Below, in pieces: positions 34,322 through 47,569 of a stretch of 64,000 nucleotides of DNA. Source of the stretch: Mustelus asterias. Taxonomy: Eukaryota. The stretch is taken from assembly GCF_964213995.1 (NCBI RefSeq), contig NW_027590213.1, positions 558,001-622,000 on the forward strand, in the 5' to 3' direction. Numbering within the stretch: position 1 is the first letter of the stretch; every line of letters begins with the position of its first letter. Both the position numbers and the translations under genes were made by a program. The notes below the pieces were generated by a model. It did no database searches. It saw nothing but the letters and a program-made list of their open reading frames with translations, and was not told where the DNA came from.

Positions 34322-36544
34322 TGACAGGTGCTGAATTCTGCTGTTATTGCTGCTATTAATCACATCCAGGACTGAAGCATGTTCATTCTGACAGTTGGTG
34401 AAGTGAGAGGGTCGGAGGGTTTCTTTCTGCTGGACTGGCTGGTCTCACAACTTTACCTCCAGTGGGCTGATGCTCTTTGAGCGAGGGCACATTTCCACTG
34501 AAATGATCCACAAAAACTGATGAAGGATATTTATTTTATCCTGGACAGTAAATAGTGTTTTTCCTACCACTACAGGTAGATCTAAAATAAATACATTAGT
34601 CTCTGTTCCATTGAGTCTACAGCACAGGGCCAGGCCAGTCGGCTCAATTGGTCTGTGTCAGTATTTATGCTCCACATGAGCCTCCACCCACCCCTCTTCA
34701 TCTCCCCCCATCAGCATATCCTTCTATTTCTTTCTCCCTCCCTCATCCAGCTTCCCCTTCAATGTATTCATGCTGTTCACCTCAACCACTCGCTGTGGTA
34801 GTGAGTTCCACATTCTCACCACTCGCTGGTAAAGAGGTTTCTCACTGAAATCCCTATTGGATTATTGAACCCCTTCATAACCTTAAAGACTTCCATCAGG
34901 TCACCCTTCAGTCTTCTCTTTTCTAGAGAAAAGCAGCCCATCATTCAAAATGTGTCAAATTTAGACTCAACCTTTAACAATGATTTTGATGCAGGGACTG
35001 AGTGTAATATATACAATATTGTGGAGAACAAGAAAAAATTGCATTTCTGTAGCACCTCTCACAACCACCGGGTGTCAGATGAACATGTGAATCAGGAGCC
35101 TGTTCTGCCATTCAACACGATCATGGCTGATCTAATTGAAACCTCAACTCCACATTCCCACCTCCCCCTGATAACCTTTCACCACCTTGTTTCTCTGGAA
35201 TCTATCGAACTCTGCCTTTGTCCTGAAGCATTATACAGTGAATGAAGTTCTGTGAATTGTAGTGACTGTGCTAATGGAGGAAACTGCAGGCCTGGGTAAT
35301 CAAATTTAGTTTTAAAATTCAATCATTTTCATACCATGTTCATTGCTATAAGTAACAAGGTCAAGGAAGCCATTTTAAACTCAAAACATGTGGCTTCTAA
35401 CAGTCTGTTCACCTTCTGTCAGTTGTCTTTATTTGCTACAAATTGATTTTATATTAAAACCCAGTCATGAAACAGATTCAGTAATGAACCTTGATTAAGA
35501 TATCGTTCGTGACTCAGTGTAATAGACAATTACATCATAAAGGCTAGATCTTTATTTTAAAATATTAACACTGAATCACCTGAAATGTTTCCAGAAACCG
35601 CAGAGCCAGCAGAAATTGTTTAAAGGAAGAAATTATTCTCTAATTTTGATAAGCTACAGGATATCATATTCTTCCAAAGTCCAGCTGAAGAATAAGGTTC
35701 AGTCTGGTCAGGATTAGTAAGGAAGAAAGCTGTTGTCTTTCTACAAACTGTCTTTTAAAAATAACAATTCCATTTCTACAAAGTCTCATCAAAAATGAAA
35801 TCCATACATTTGGGTCCACGATGAATGCAGTTTTTATATGCTCTGCTCAGCATGATGTTGCTGTATACATTTCCGTGGCACACATTTTCTGAACTAGTCT
35901 ATCTTGTAGTAGCCAAGTATATTAATTAAAGATTACTGTATTAATTAGCTGGCGATCAGCAATAGATGATTGGAGAAGTCGTGAGATTTAATTGAGTTAC
36001 AATTAATAAATCAATCAAGAATCAGTCACTGTTTTTAAATTTATCTATTAGTGTCACATGTCGGCTTATCGTAAAAGCTGAGTTTTATTTGCTGTAAAAA
36101 TTATAATCTGAATTGCTGTGTATGTGAAGAATGTGCAATGATGATAAATGTATTTTCAAGAGAGAACTTCAAGCTCTGATTTGTCTCAGAATTTGAAATT
36201 GTCTGAGTACCTGATTGTATAGAATCAGATAAAGGGTTAGTGTGAAACTGTGCAATTGTATTCCTGTCTAAGATAATGAGAGAAGGTGGTGTCAGTAATT
36301 GGGGATCCGGTTAAATTAATCTGGTCACCAAATTGACCAAGTGTCACGTCACAATCAGCCCAACTCTGATGTCAGGTAATGGTCACTTTGGGGATAAAAG
36401 GGGCAGATGGGGTACTTGGGTTGACATCTCATCCTAAAGGCAGCAGCTCTAATAATGCAGCACTCCCTCAGTGCTGGCACTTTGAATGTTGGCCTCAGGT
36501 CAATGGACTTGGATTGGAAAGAACAATCTTCAGATTCAGAGTGA

Positions 36545-36957
36545 AGATTTGATTTATTATCGTCACATGTATTAACATACAGTGAAAAGTATTGTTTCTT
36601 GCACGCTATACAAAGCATACCGTTTATAGAGAAGGAAACGAGAGAGTGCAGAATGTAGTGTTACAGTCATAGCTAGGATGTGGAGAAAGATTAACTTAAT
36701 GCAAGGTATGTCCATTCAAAAGTCTGATGGCAGCAGGGAAGAAGCTGTTCTTGAGTCGGTTGGTACGTGTCCTCAGACTTTTGTATCTTTTTCCCAACAG
36801 AAGAAGATGGAAGAGCGAATGTCCAGGTTGTGTGGGGTCCTTAATTATGCTGGTTGCTTTTCCAAGGCAGCGGGAAGTGTAGACAGAGTCAATGGATGGG
36901 AGGCTGGTTTGTGAGATGGACTGGGCTTTGTTCATGACCCTTGGTAGTTTCTTGTGG
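36545..36957 (-). mobile_element. Rex1/L2-type LINE 3' end (related copy ~46850-47280 on +)
   Basis: ORF 36696-36998 (HPG-like..LLGKRYKSLRTRTNRLKNSFFPAAIRLLN); tail taaatcaaatc. Confidence 0.7.
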
Positions 36958-37689
36958 AAGAGTGTGATCCACTGTGCCGTGGCTGATACAACAGACAATA
37001 CAAAGTTAGAAAGGGAAAGTTATTCTTTGCCTCCAGTGCCTCAATGGAAAAATAACAACCTCATACAAAAACAGGTATTGAATGCACAAATGTTGAAGAG
37101 TTTGTTGAAAGCTACAAGTTTCAGGTTCCCACTTGACCCTGGGGCACCTTTCTGTCTCTATTGCTTGTGTCAATGCCAGCCAGGCAACGGAGCTAAGAGC
37201 TGAATTTAGCTGAGAATAATGGGGCCTGTGCCCCAGTTGGGAAACTGCCCTGGACGTCGCACTGATAGAGAGACAGGAAGGTGCTGGAAGACTGACTGGG
37301 AAATGGGCCTCCAGCCAATCGGGGCAGGAGACTGGGCGATTGGGGCAGGTGGTGACGGAACCCCTGGGGTTCAGTCCATGTGCCCAAAGTGTGGAGTCAC
37401 AGTAACAGGTGCAGAGGAGCTGAAGAGAAACCATTTGGACCCAGAGCATTGTGAACATCCTTTTAATCTATAGAATTGGGATTCGGGGTGTCCATTAGCC
37501 CTTTATTCTCTTTTCCCAAACTCTGAAATGATTCCCAGTAATAGCCCTTATTGGTGACAGTGGTTAGATTTTATTCAGTATCAATAAGAGCTGACACAGT
37601 CTGATGTCTGAGCAGTCGTATCAAAGTGCAGCAGCATTACCATTACACTCTGGGTAGAAGCAGCATCTCCACGGAAATGCTCCCTGGTT

Positions 37690-38060
37690 GCCTCCCACAG
37701 TGCAAAGATGTACAGGTTAGACAGATTGACCAATGCTAAATTGCCCCATAGATGTCCCAAGATGTTATGGTTAGGGGGATTAGTGGGGTAAATGCGTGGG
37801 GTAATGGGGCTAGCGTGGGAGGGGTGTGTCTGGGGAAGGGGCGTTTAAGAGATCCGTAGATAGGTTCATGGACGAAAAGAAATTGGTTTAGGTTGGAGGG
37901 TCACAGTTTTTTTTTTTAACTGGTCGGTGCAACATCGTGGGCCGAAGGGCCTGTTCTGCGCTGTAATGTTCTATGTTCTATGTTCTAAGATGCTCTGACA
38001 GAGAGTCGGTACAGACTCGATGGGCCAAATGGCCTCCTTCTGCATTGTAGGGATTCTATG
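37690..38060 (+). mobile_element. SINE fragment with a nested young CR1 3' tail (~37838-37988)
   Basis: Tail matches ~53607-53760. Confidence 0.75.
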
Positions 38061-38361
38061 ATTACCATAATTACCACAATCAGTTCCAGACAGGAAACTT
38101 AAACCTGCTGTTTCACTCTCACTCAGGAACAGATCCCAGTTTTACAACAATCTCTGATTTGACAGCATGTTTCCAGCATTCACTGTTGTTCTTCCTGACT
38201 CTAAACACAGTTGTAAAGGAGCCTCTGTTCCGTGCCGAGGAGCTCTGAACCATGGAAGAGAGCAGCTGGGACACATTCCTTACACACCTCAGGTTTAATC
38301 CACACATTTAGTCCTCAATGTGATCAACAGCAGCAATAACAGAGAACTCCAACCTCTGCAC

Positions 38362-39120
38362 TCACTTGTGAATTTGCTGGTGTGTCAGCAGGTTAGAAGA
38401 TTGAGTGAATCCCTTCCCACACTCAGAGCAGGTGAATGGTCTCTCCACAGTGTGAGTGCGCTGGTGTTTCAATAGATGAGATGAACAAGTAAATCTTTTC
38501 CCACACTCGGAGCAGGTGAACGGCCTCTCTCCGCTGTGAACTCGCCGGTGTGTCAGCAGTGCGGCTGATCGAGTGAATCCCTTCCCACACTCAGAGCAGG
38601 CGAATGGCCTCTCTCCAGTGTGAGTGCGTCGATGTCTCAGCAGATTATCACTGTTTTTAAAGCTCTCCTCACAGTCAGGACATTTAAAAGTTCTTGCATC
38701 AGAGTGAGTGCGCTGGTGTCTCGACAGGTTGGATGAATTAATGAACCCCTTCCCACACATGGAGCAGGTGAATGGCCTCTCCCCAGTGTGAGTGCGCTGG
38801 TGTACAGTGAATTCAGATGATTTCCTGAACCCAGTCCCGCAGTGAGAGCACCTAAATGGCCTCTGGTCAGTGTGAACACGTTGATGGGACATCAGGTCCC
38901 CAGAACTTTTATAGCCCTTCCCGCAGTCTGGACATTTAAAAGGTCTCAGGTCAGTGTGAACTCGCTGGTGTTGCAGCAGGTTGGATGACTCTCTGAATCC
39001 CTTCCCACACATGGAGCAGGTGAATGGCCTCTCCCCAGTGTGAGTGCGCTGATGGATTTCCAGCTGGGATGGCCATTTGAATCCCTTCCCACAATCCTCA
39101 CATTTCCATGGTTTCTCCAT
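38362..39120 (-). CDS. C2H2 zinc-finger protein, 9 fingers
   Basis: Open frame to 39240 (TTG); ATG of MEKPW at 39120, upstream in-frame ATG at 39180. Confidence 0.88.
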   Translation of the reverse strand: MEKPWKCEDCGKGFKWPSQLEIHQRTHTGERPFTCSMCGKGFRESSNLLQHQRVHTDLRPFKCPDCGKGYKSSGDLMSHQRVHTDQRPFRCSHCGTGFRKSSEFTVHQRTHTGERPFTCSMCGKGFINSSNLSRHQRTHSDARTFKCPDCEESFKNSDNLLRHRRTHTGERPFACSECGKGFTRSAALLTHRRVHSGERPFTCSECGKRFTCSSHLLKHQRTHTVERPFTCSECGKGFTQSSNLLTHQQIHK

Positions 39121-39749
39121 GGTGCCGGTATCCTTGTGTCTCTCCAGGTTGATGATCAGTTGACTACACACACTGCACATGTACGGTTCCTCCCTGCTGT
39201 GAATGGTGTGATGTTTTTTCAGGCTGTGTAACTGGTTCAAGCTCTTTCCACAGTCAGTTCACTGGAACACCTTCACTCGGGTGTGTGTGTGTCTCGGTGC
39301 TTTTCCAATCACACTGATGTCTGAAATCTTTTCCCACAGACAGAACAAATAAACATTTCTCCTTCCACATTGATATTCAGGTCCTGATGAATCGAATGAC
39401 TGTCAGATCTCAATGTGATGTTTGATTTAAGTTTCCCACCTGTCAATCCTCCCATCCTAATCCCCTGTAAAAGGAGTTTACAGAAGTTATCAGTGTAAAT
39501 ACAGGATAGAAATTCAAAACAGACAATTCTAGTTTGGATGGAACATTCTTTCCTTTCTTATTCCCTCCAATCATATGGTCCAAACGAACTGAAAGACAAA
39601 AATCAACAACCAAGCATCAACAAAACCAAAGGGAACCTTCCTCACTGAACCAGAAAGTTCTGACCAGTGTCTCTGAACCTTTTATGTGGCCTCGGGCACG
39701 AGGACCCAGTTAAAAACAGAAATCCTGAATCCCATCCACTCTCTGTTGT

Positions 39750-40075
39750 GTCACAATGCGCGTCACCAAGACGCCAGCGCATGCGCTCTGCCCTCCGCTG
39801 AACTAAGATGGCGGCTGGTAACCGGGGTCTTCGCCCCGGGAGGACAAACCGGAGCTGCAAACGCGGAACCTGCAGGTCCGTATTCGCGGTTTGAGGCTTT
39901 CAGCAGGTATTTAGAAACCCTCCCCGTTCACCCGCCGACTCCATCGGCCCTGCGCGTTTCCACATCTTTACCGGCTGCGGATCAGACAAAAGGATCCTCT
40001 CTCCCCTTCGCCATCACTGACATCGCGCATGCTCCCTACCATGTTCGGTACTGCGCCTGCGCACTGTTCCCCTAT
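39750..40075. promoter_or_regulatory. CpG-rich promoter (NRF1 + YY1 module), inverted paralog of ~14880-15110
   Basis: GCGCATGCGC at ~39777, AAGATGGCGGC at ~39805, TGCGCCTGCGCA at ~40052. Confidence 0.7.
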
Positions 40076-40089
40076 GGTGTGGATAGGGG

Positions 40090-40670
40090 ATAAAGAACAA
40101 AGAACAGTACAGCACAGGAACAGGCCCTTCGGCCCACAAGCCTGCGCCCATCACGTTATCCTATCTAAACCAACCGCTTATATCCCTCTATACACCGTCT
40201 GTTCATGTTTCTATCCAGATAAGTTTTAAATGTTGCTAATGTATCTGCCTCGACCACCTCACTTGGCAGTGCATTCCAGGCCCCACCACCCACTGTGTAA
40301 AAAAACTTCCCCCCCGTGTCTCCACTGAACTTTCCCCCCCCCCCCCTTACTTTGAATTGTGCCCCCTTGTGATTGTCATTTCTGCCAGGAAGAAAGCTTC
40401 CAACTGTTACCTTACCTACGCCCCTCATAATTTTATAAACTTCTATCAGGTTGCCCCATGGCCTCCATCTTTCCAGTTTATTCAATCTTTCCTCATAGCT
40501 AATACCCTCCATACCATGCAACATCCTGGTAAACATTTTCTGTACTCCCTCCAAAGCTACCACGTCCTTCTGGTAGAATGCCGACCAGAATTGGACACAG
40601 TATTCCAAATGTGACCTAACCAATATTTTATATGACTGTAACATAATTTGCCAACTTTTAAACTCAACAT
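40090..40670 (-). mobile_element. CR1 LINE 3' end
   Basis: ORF 40165-40677 (LVRSHLEYCVQFWS). Confidence 0.85.
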
Positions 40671-40759
40671 TCACCACCGTGGGGAATGTTGGTTAAAATC
40701 ACCACCTTTGAAAGTCCCAAATAGTTAAGTCACTGTTTTTGCTTTGATGTGAAAATTAA

Positions 40760-41050
40760 GGTGGCACGGTGGTTAGCACTGCTGCGTCACAGCGCCAGGG
40801 ACCCGGATTCGATTCCCAGCCTTGTGGAGTCTGTGTCGAGTTTGCACATTCTCTCCGTGTCTGCGTGGGTTTCCTCTGGGTGCTCTGGTTTCCTCCCACA
40901 GTCCGAAAGACGTGCTGGTTAGGTGCATTGGCCATGCTAAATGCTCCCTCAGTAAACCCGAACAGGTGCCGGAGTGTGGCGACTATGGAGTTTTCACAGT
41001 AACTTCATTGCAATGTGAATGTAAGCCTACTTATGATGCTAATAAATAAA
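40760..41050 (+). mobile_element. tRNA-derived SINE
   Basis: Same family as 3683-3982. Confidence 0.8.
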
Positions 41051-42264
41051 TAGACTGTGTCCTTTCACTAACAAGACCAGCAGCAAACATTCCCCATCCC
41101 CAGGTACCTGTGGGCAAGATGATGTTTGACCTTCTTGAACCGTTGCAGTCCATGTGGTGAAGGTGCTCCCACAATTTGTTCAGTAAGAGTTACAGGTTAT
41201 TCACCCAGTAATGATGAAGGAACGCTGATACATGTCAATAATAACAATCTGTATTTATATGTCTTCCATGTCATAGACTTTCCCACGGCATTTCAAAGAA
41301 GTGTTATACACTAAGTGCCTTTGCAGGTCAGTGAGGTCGGGGGTGATGAGTGAACAAGACTTGGTGTGAGGAAGCACATGGCCAGCAGAGATTTGGATGA
41401 CTTTAAGACTTCAGGGCGATTGAATGTAGGAGGCCGGGAATGCATTCGGATAGTTAAGTCTGGAGTTATTGAAGGAATGGATGAGAGTTCCAGCTGCAGA
41501 TGAGCAGAATCAAGGAAAGAGACAGATGATGTTACTGAGATGGAAATTGGCAGTCTTGGTGATGATGCAGATATGAGGTCAGGAGCTCAGTTTAGAGTGA
41601 AAGCTGTTATTGAGGCTGGGAACAGTCCGGTTCAGTCTCAGACAGTTATCAGGGAGAAGGATGGAGTCAGTAGTTTGGGAGTGGAGTTTGTAGCGGGGAC
41701 TGAAGAGAAACAATGGTTTTCTTCTTCCCAGTAGTTAAATGGAGCACATTGCTGTTCATTCAGTACTGGATATCCGACAGGGCAGGACGGTGCGAGTTGG
41801 AGGGGAATTTGGAGATTATGGTGTTCGCATACACCTGGTCCTCCTTGGTGCGGAAGTTGAAGGTTTGGAGAATTTTGTCAGAGTTCTAGAATTCAAAGTA
41901 GAAAATCACCTCCTTTGTTCCTGCGTCTTTCACCTCTCTCCCCTCCCATAGAGGCCAGAGTCTTGTGTAGGCCCAGACTGGGTGGTAAGTCCCCTTCCCT
42001 GAAGGACATTAGTGAACCAGTTGGGTTTTTGTGACAATCCAGGAGCTTCCATGGTTACTTTTTCCTCAGGTCGGCCCCACAGATGACCAGATTCATTCAG
42101 CTCAATTTCATAACCTGCCTTTGTGTTTTTGTGGGCACTCTCTCACTCCCTTTTCTCTGTTTTAAATTAATTTCATGGGATATTGAAAGAGGAGGATATG
42201 TAGTCAGGAAACTCAAACCAAACATTCACATCAGGATCTGATGGAGTGTCCAAATTATGGGATT

Positions 42265-42720
42265 TTGAACATTGAAGGAAAAAGCACTGTTCACAGTGGG
42301 GAAAAACCGTACATATGTTCTATGTGTGGATGAGGCTTCAACCAATCATCTAACCTATCGAGACACTATCACACCGGGGAAAACTGTGGAAACATGAGGA
42401 CTGTGAGAAGGCCTTCAGTTACCCATCTAAACTGGAGACTCAGCGACGCAGTCACACAAGGGAGAGGCTGTGAACCGGCTCTGAGTGTGGGTTGGGATTC
42501 AATGAGTCAAACAATCTGTTGAAACACCAGCAGGTTCACTCCGGGGAGAGGTCATTCACCTGCTCTGTATATGGGAAACGATTCACTCAGTCATCATTAT
42601 CCGTGACACAACAGCGAGTTCACACTGACGAGAGACCTTTTAAATGCCCAGACTGTGGGAAGTGCTATAAAAGTTCCCAAGAACTGACATCCCATCAATA
42701 TGTTCACACTGAAGAGAGGC
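42265..42720 (+). pseudogene. Decayed, truncated C2H2 ZNF array
   Basis: Degenerate fingers with stops; ORF 42492-42764 has [21 protein letters not shown]. Confidence 0.8.
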
Positions 42721-43574
42721 TGGAATTAGGGGAGAGCATCGATGATGGAGAATTGTGTGACTGAAGGATATTACAGAGAGAGGAGTGGTCGCAGTCATGG
42801 AGAAATTTGGAAACAAGAACGGGAGTTTTAAAATGTTAGTGGTTCTTAAACAGGAACCTTTATAGGTTGGTGAGCACAGGGGTGATGGGTGAACAAGTCT
42901 TGAATAATTACACAGACAGCAGAGTTTTGGATGACCTCAGGATTGCAGGGAGGCTGAATGTGGGAGGCCAGCAAAGAGTGCTCTGGGATAGTTAAGTCCA
43001 GAGGTAACAAAGGAATGGATGAGAGTTTCTGAACAAGATGATTTGAGACTCGGGCGATGTTACTGAGGTGGAAATAGGCATTCTGGGTGATGATGAGGAT
43101 ATGTGGCTGGAAGCTCAGTTTGGGATGAGCCAGGACACTGAGGTTGTGAGAAGTCTGGTTCAGCCTCAGACAGTTGCCAGGGAGAGAGAGTGGAGTCTGT
43201 TGTGAGGACTGAAGACAACGGCTTTGTTCTTAATATTCAATTGGGGGAAGTTTCTGTTCATCCAGTACTGGATGTCAGACATGTCAGGATGGTGTGTGAG
43301 TTGAAAAGGAACTTGGAGATGATGGTGTTCCCATACGCCTGCTTCATTGCTCCATCGAGGTGGTGGAGGTTGTGGGAGTTTGAAATATTTGAAATTCCTT
43401 TTTTCCTGTGCTGCCCAATTCTGTCTCACCCTCTCCTACTTCTGTCTCTCTGCCTCTTCCCCCTCGATCTCTTCTCCCAGATTGTCCAGAGTCTTGTGTC
43501 GCCCCTGACCAGGTAGCAGGTTTCCTTCCCTGAAGGACATTAGTGAATCAGTTGAGTTTTTTTAAAGTTAAAAA

Positions 43575-43846
43575 TTTATTAGTCACAAGTAGGCTTACAT
43601 TAACACATCAATGAAGTTGCTGTGAAATTCCCCTAGTTGCCACAATCCAGCACCTGTTTGGGTCAATGCACCTAACCAGCATGTCTTTCAGACTGTGGGA
43701 GGAAACCGGAACACCCGGAGGAAACCCACACAAACTCCGGGAGAACGTGCAAACTCCACACAGACAGTGACCCAAGCCGCGAATTGAACCTGGGTCCCTG
43801 GCACTGTGAGGTAGCAGTGCTGATCACTGTGCCACCGTGCCGCCCA
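43575..43846 (-). mobile_element. tRNA-derived SINE
   Basis: Same family as 3683-3982, minus strand. Confidence 0.8.
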
Positions 43847-44105
43847 ATGACAATCCGGCAGTTTCCATGGTCACTTTTTCCTACTGCCGGCCCCACAAAT
43901 GACCAGATCCATTCAGCTCAATTTCACAACCTGCCTTTGAGTTTCTGTGGGTTCTCTCTCACTGCCTTTTTTCCATTTAAATCAGTTTCACAGGGTTTTA
44001 GAAGAGGAGGATTTTCAGTCGGGAATTACAAAGCGAACATCACATCAGGATCTGATGGAGTCGCCCAATTTATTGTAACCATTGTATCATTATTGGATTT
44101 TGAAC

Positions 44106-45126
44106 ATGGAAGAAAAAAGCATCGATTGCAGTGGGGAGAATCTGTACACGTGTTCTGTGTATGAATCATCTGACCCCACGAACCACAAGTGCAGTCACAC
44201 TGAAGAGAAGCCGTTGAAATGTGGGGACTGCGAGGAAGGATTCTATTCCCCATCTGAACTGGAAATTCACCAGCGAGTTCATGCTGGGGAGAGGCCGTTC
44301 ACCTGCTCTGTGTGTGGGAAAGGATTCACTCAGTCGTTCAACCTGCTGAGACACCGGCAAGTTCACACTGGAGAGAGACCATTCACCTGCTCCAAATGTG
44401 GGAAGGGATTCACTCAGTCCTCCAATCTGCTGGTACACCAGAGAGTTCACACCGGGGAGAGGCCATTCACCTGCTCCCTGTGTGGGAAGGGATTCATTCA
44501 CACAAGCAACCTGCTATCACACCAGCGAGTTCACACTGACAAGAGACCTTTTAAATGTCCTGCATGTGGGAAGTGCTTTAAAAGTTCCCGGGAACTGACA
44601 CGCCATCAGCAAGTTCACACTGAGGAAAGACCTTTTTACTGTGCAGAATGTGGAAAGGGCTATAAAAGCTCCTGGGAACTGACGTACCACCAACGTGTTC
44701 ACACTGAGGAGAGACCGTTCAGGTGCTCCCACTGCGGGACTGGGTTCAGGCAATCATCTCAACTCACTGAACACCAGCGAATTCACACTGGGAAAAGGCC
44801 ATTCACCTGCACGGAGTGTGGGAAGGGATTTAGTCGGTCATCCCAACTCATGGTGCACCAGCGGGTTCACTCTGGAGAGAGACCTTTCAAGTGCCCAGAC
44901 TGGGAATTACTATAAAAGTTCTGGAGAACTGAAATCCCATCAGCATGTTCACACTGACAAGAGACCGTTCAGATGCTCTCACTGTGCAATTGGATTCAGA
45001 CAATCATCCCATCTCACTGAACACCAGCGAATTCACACTGGGGAGAGACCGTTCACCTGCTCCAAGTGTGGGAAGGGATTCACTCGGAAATCCAACCTGC
45101 TGACGCATCAGCGAATTCATAAGTGA
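44106..45126 (+). pseudogene. C2H2 ZNF gene, 8 fingers in frame, then a 2-nt deletion frameshift near 44900 (may still encode a truncated protein)
   Basis: ATG MEEKS at 44106; ORF ends 44915; the remaining fingers are in the frame of ORF 44695-45126. Confidence 0.75.
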
Positions 45127-45734
45127 AGGCAGGAGTTAGAGTTTGCTGTTAATCACACCCAGGACTGAACAACATTCATTAGGGTCCGATTCTGCTGGTG
45201 TTCATAAACTGCAGCTCGGTAATAGGTGTTAATGTTCTGGATAAAATTAAACTGAATCAGTTTTGTGTCAAACAATATGTGGCAAATGTTTTTAATATTA
45301 ACACAAGTTAGTTGCTTTTGAAGTGAGCTTTCTCTGGACCAAGATTTACTCTGGCTACTTGTTTCCTGTTGTTTCCTTTTTTTTACACTGCTTGGATAGG
45401 TATGATCCCATTCAATAAGAACAATATGCAACGAGAGAGTTCGGGGAGTCCATTCAGCCCTCATCATTTGACTGTCAAGTTGACTTGGACGAAATGCATC
45501 ATCTGTAAGGCTGTATTTATATCACATTCATAGCCCCTCCACCAAGTCACAGCTCATACTGAGCCAGAGGATCTACCATTTTACAGCCATAGGGGTGTCA
45601 CACCATGCCAAATATATGAACATTTCCATTAGTGGATGGAAATGATGGCAGTCTGGGGGCCCAATTGGAGACACAAGCACAGAAATATGGGGGAATTGAC
45701 CATGTTAATGTGGGGATTTGTCACAAACCTTCGT

Positions 45735-46495
45735 CTTCATCAATGACATGTTGAAGGCTCCAGAGGAGATGCCGTAGCTTCTCCGCTCCGGGGAAGTACT
45801 GGACGACAAAGGGTATTCTGTCCACCATGTCCCGTGTTTGTCTTCTGAGGAGGTCGGTGCGGTTTATCGCTGTGGCACGTCGGAACTGTCGATCGATGAG
45901 TTGAGCGCCATATCCTGTTCTTTATGAGGGCATCTTTCAGCGCGTGGAGGTGTCTGTTGCGATCATCTGAGCAGATCCTGTGTATACGGAGGGCTTGTCC
46001 ATAGGGGGTGGCTTCTTTAACGTGTTTAGGGTGGAAGCTGGAGAAGTGGAGCATCGTGAGGTTATCCATGGGCTTGCGGTATAGTGAGGTGCTGAGGTGA
46101 CCATCCTTAATGGAGATGTGTGTGTCCAAGAATGCAACTGATTCCGGAGAGTAGTCCATGGTGAGTCTGATGGTGGGGTGGAACTTGTTGATGTCATCAT
46201 ATAGTTGTCTCAGTGATTGTTCACCATGAGTCCAAAGGAAGAAAATGTCATCAATGTATCTAGTGTATAGCATCGGTTGAAGGTCCTGTGCGGTGAAGAT
46301 GTCTTGTTTGAACCTGTGCATGAAGATGTTGGCATATTGAGGTGCGAATTTGGTCCCTATAGCTGTTCCGTGTGTCTGGATGAAGAACTGGTTGTTGAAG
46401 GTGAAGACATTGTGGTCCAGGATGAAGCGGATGAGTTGTAAAATTGCATCTGGAAACTGGCAGTTGTCGGCGCTGAGCACTGAAACGGCCTGAGT
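45735..46495 (-). mobile_element. Penelope-like element reverse transcriptase fragment
   Basis: ORF 45740-46579: NVFTFNNQFFIQTHGTAIGTKFAPQYANIFM, RYIDDIF, FLD, YRKP. Confidence 0.9.
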
Positions 46496-46849
46496 GGCCT
46501 GCTCATAGTTCATTTGTTCATATATTCTTATGTCTCTTTTCCTGGAAATCTCTCTCTCTCTCTTGGGAATGTGCATCACACAACTTTTCCATTCGCACTG
46601 ATGATTGAAATCTTTTTGAACAGGGCATCAGTGTTCCTCTGACATTTGATCGCTGATGATAGTCGTGTCCAAATGAATCAAGATGTTTCTGACTGAAAAT
46701 CCTTCCATTCTAATCCCTTGTAAATAAAAACATCTATCAAAGCAATGAATGTAAGCACAGGATAGAAATTTGAAACTGATATTCTGGTTGTCACGTAACA
46801 TTCTCCTCCCTTTCTGGAAAGCATTCTTTCTGGTTGTATCACAACTTGA

Positions 46850-47280
46850 TATTGCTCCTGCTCTGTCCAAGACCACAAGAAACTACAAAGGGTCATGAAT
46901 GACCTAATCCATCATGCAAACCAGCCTCCTATCCATTGACTCTGTCTACATTTCCCACTGTCTTAGAAAAGCAGCCAGCGTAATCAAGGACCCCACGCAC
47001 CCTGGACATTCTTTCTTCCACCTCCTTCCATCGGGAAAAAGATATAAAGGTCTGAGAACATGTATAACCAAATCGAGAACAGCTTCTTCCCTGAGGCCAT
47101 CAAACTTTTGAATGGAACTACCTCACATTAATTTGATCTTTCTCTATATCCTAGCTATGACTGTAATACTCCATTCTGCACCCTCCTCTTTCCTTCTCTT
47201 TGTCAGTAAAACGTACAAGAAACAAAACTTCTCACTGTCTACTAATACATGTGACAATAATAAATCAAATCTAATCAAAT
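46850..47280 (+). mobile_element. Rex1/L2-type LINE 3' end
   Basis: ORF 46914-47111 (IKDPTHPGHSFFHLLPSGKRY); tail aataaatcaaatc. Confidence 0.7.
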
Positions 47281-47569
47281 TTCAAACTTTAAACATCTGC
47301 CTCCTCCCTATCAATTGTAAGCCTAATTCTTTTGACCATCCTCCTTATTTTTCCCCAGTTCTCCCCCAAGGACGCTGCTGACTCTGGGGTTCAGTTTCAC
47401 ATTGAGCTATTCCACTCCCCAATATGTCACCCAGGTGTCTAAATTTTTACACCTGAATTTTGCGAAGGCGGCTTCGCTATCAATTCCAGTGACTACCCAG
47501 ATGTACATTATATCCGGATGGAGTCACTTCGCCTCCTCCCCATCCCATCCCATCCATCGCAGTCCCAGG

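Noticed and set aside
34317-34376. C/D-box snoRNA-like GTGATGA...CTGA after the ZNF stop (also 50577-50634)
   Set aside because: The C box occurs in only two paralogs, arises from tandem stop codons, and is exonic
35460-36355. AT-rich stretch resembling a solo LTR
   Set aside because: Termini and TSD are ambiguous; needs a repeat library search
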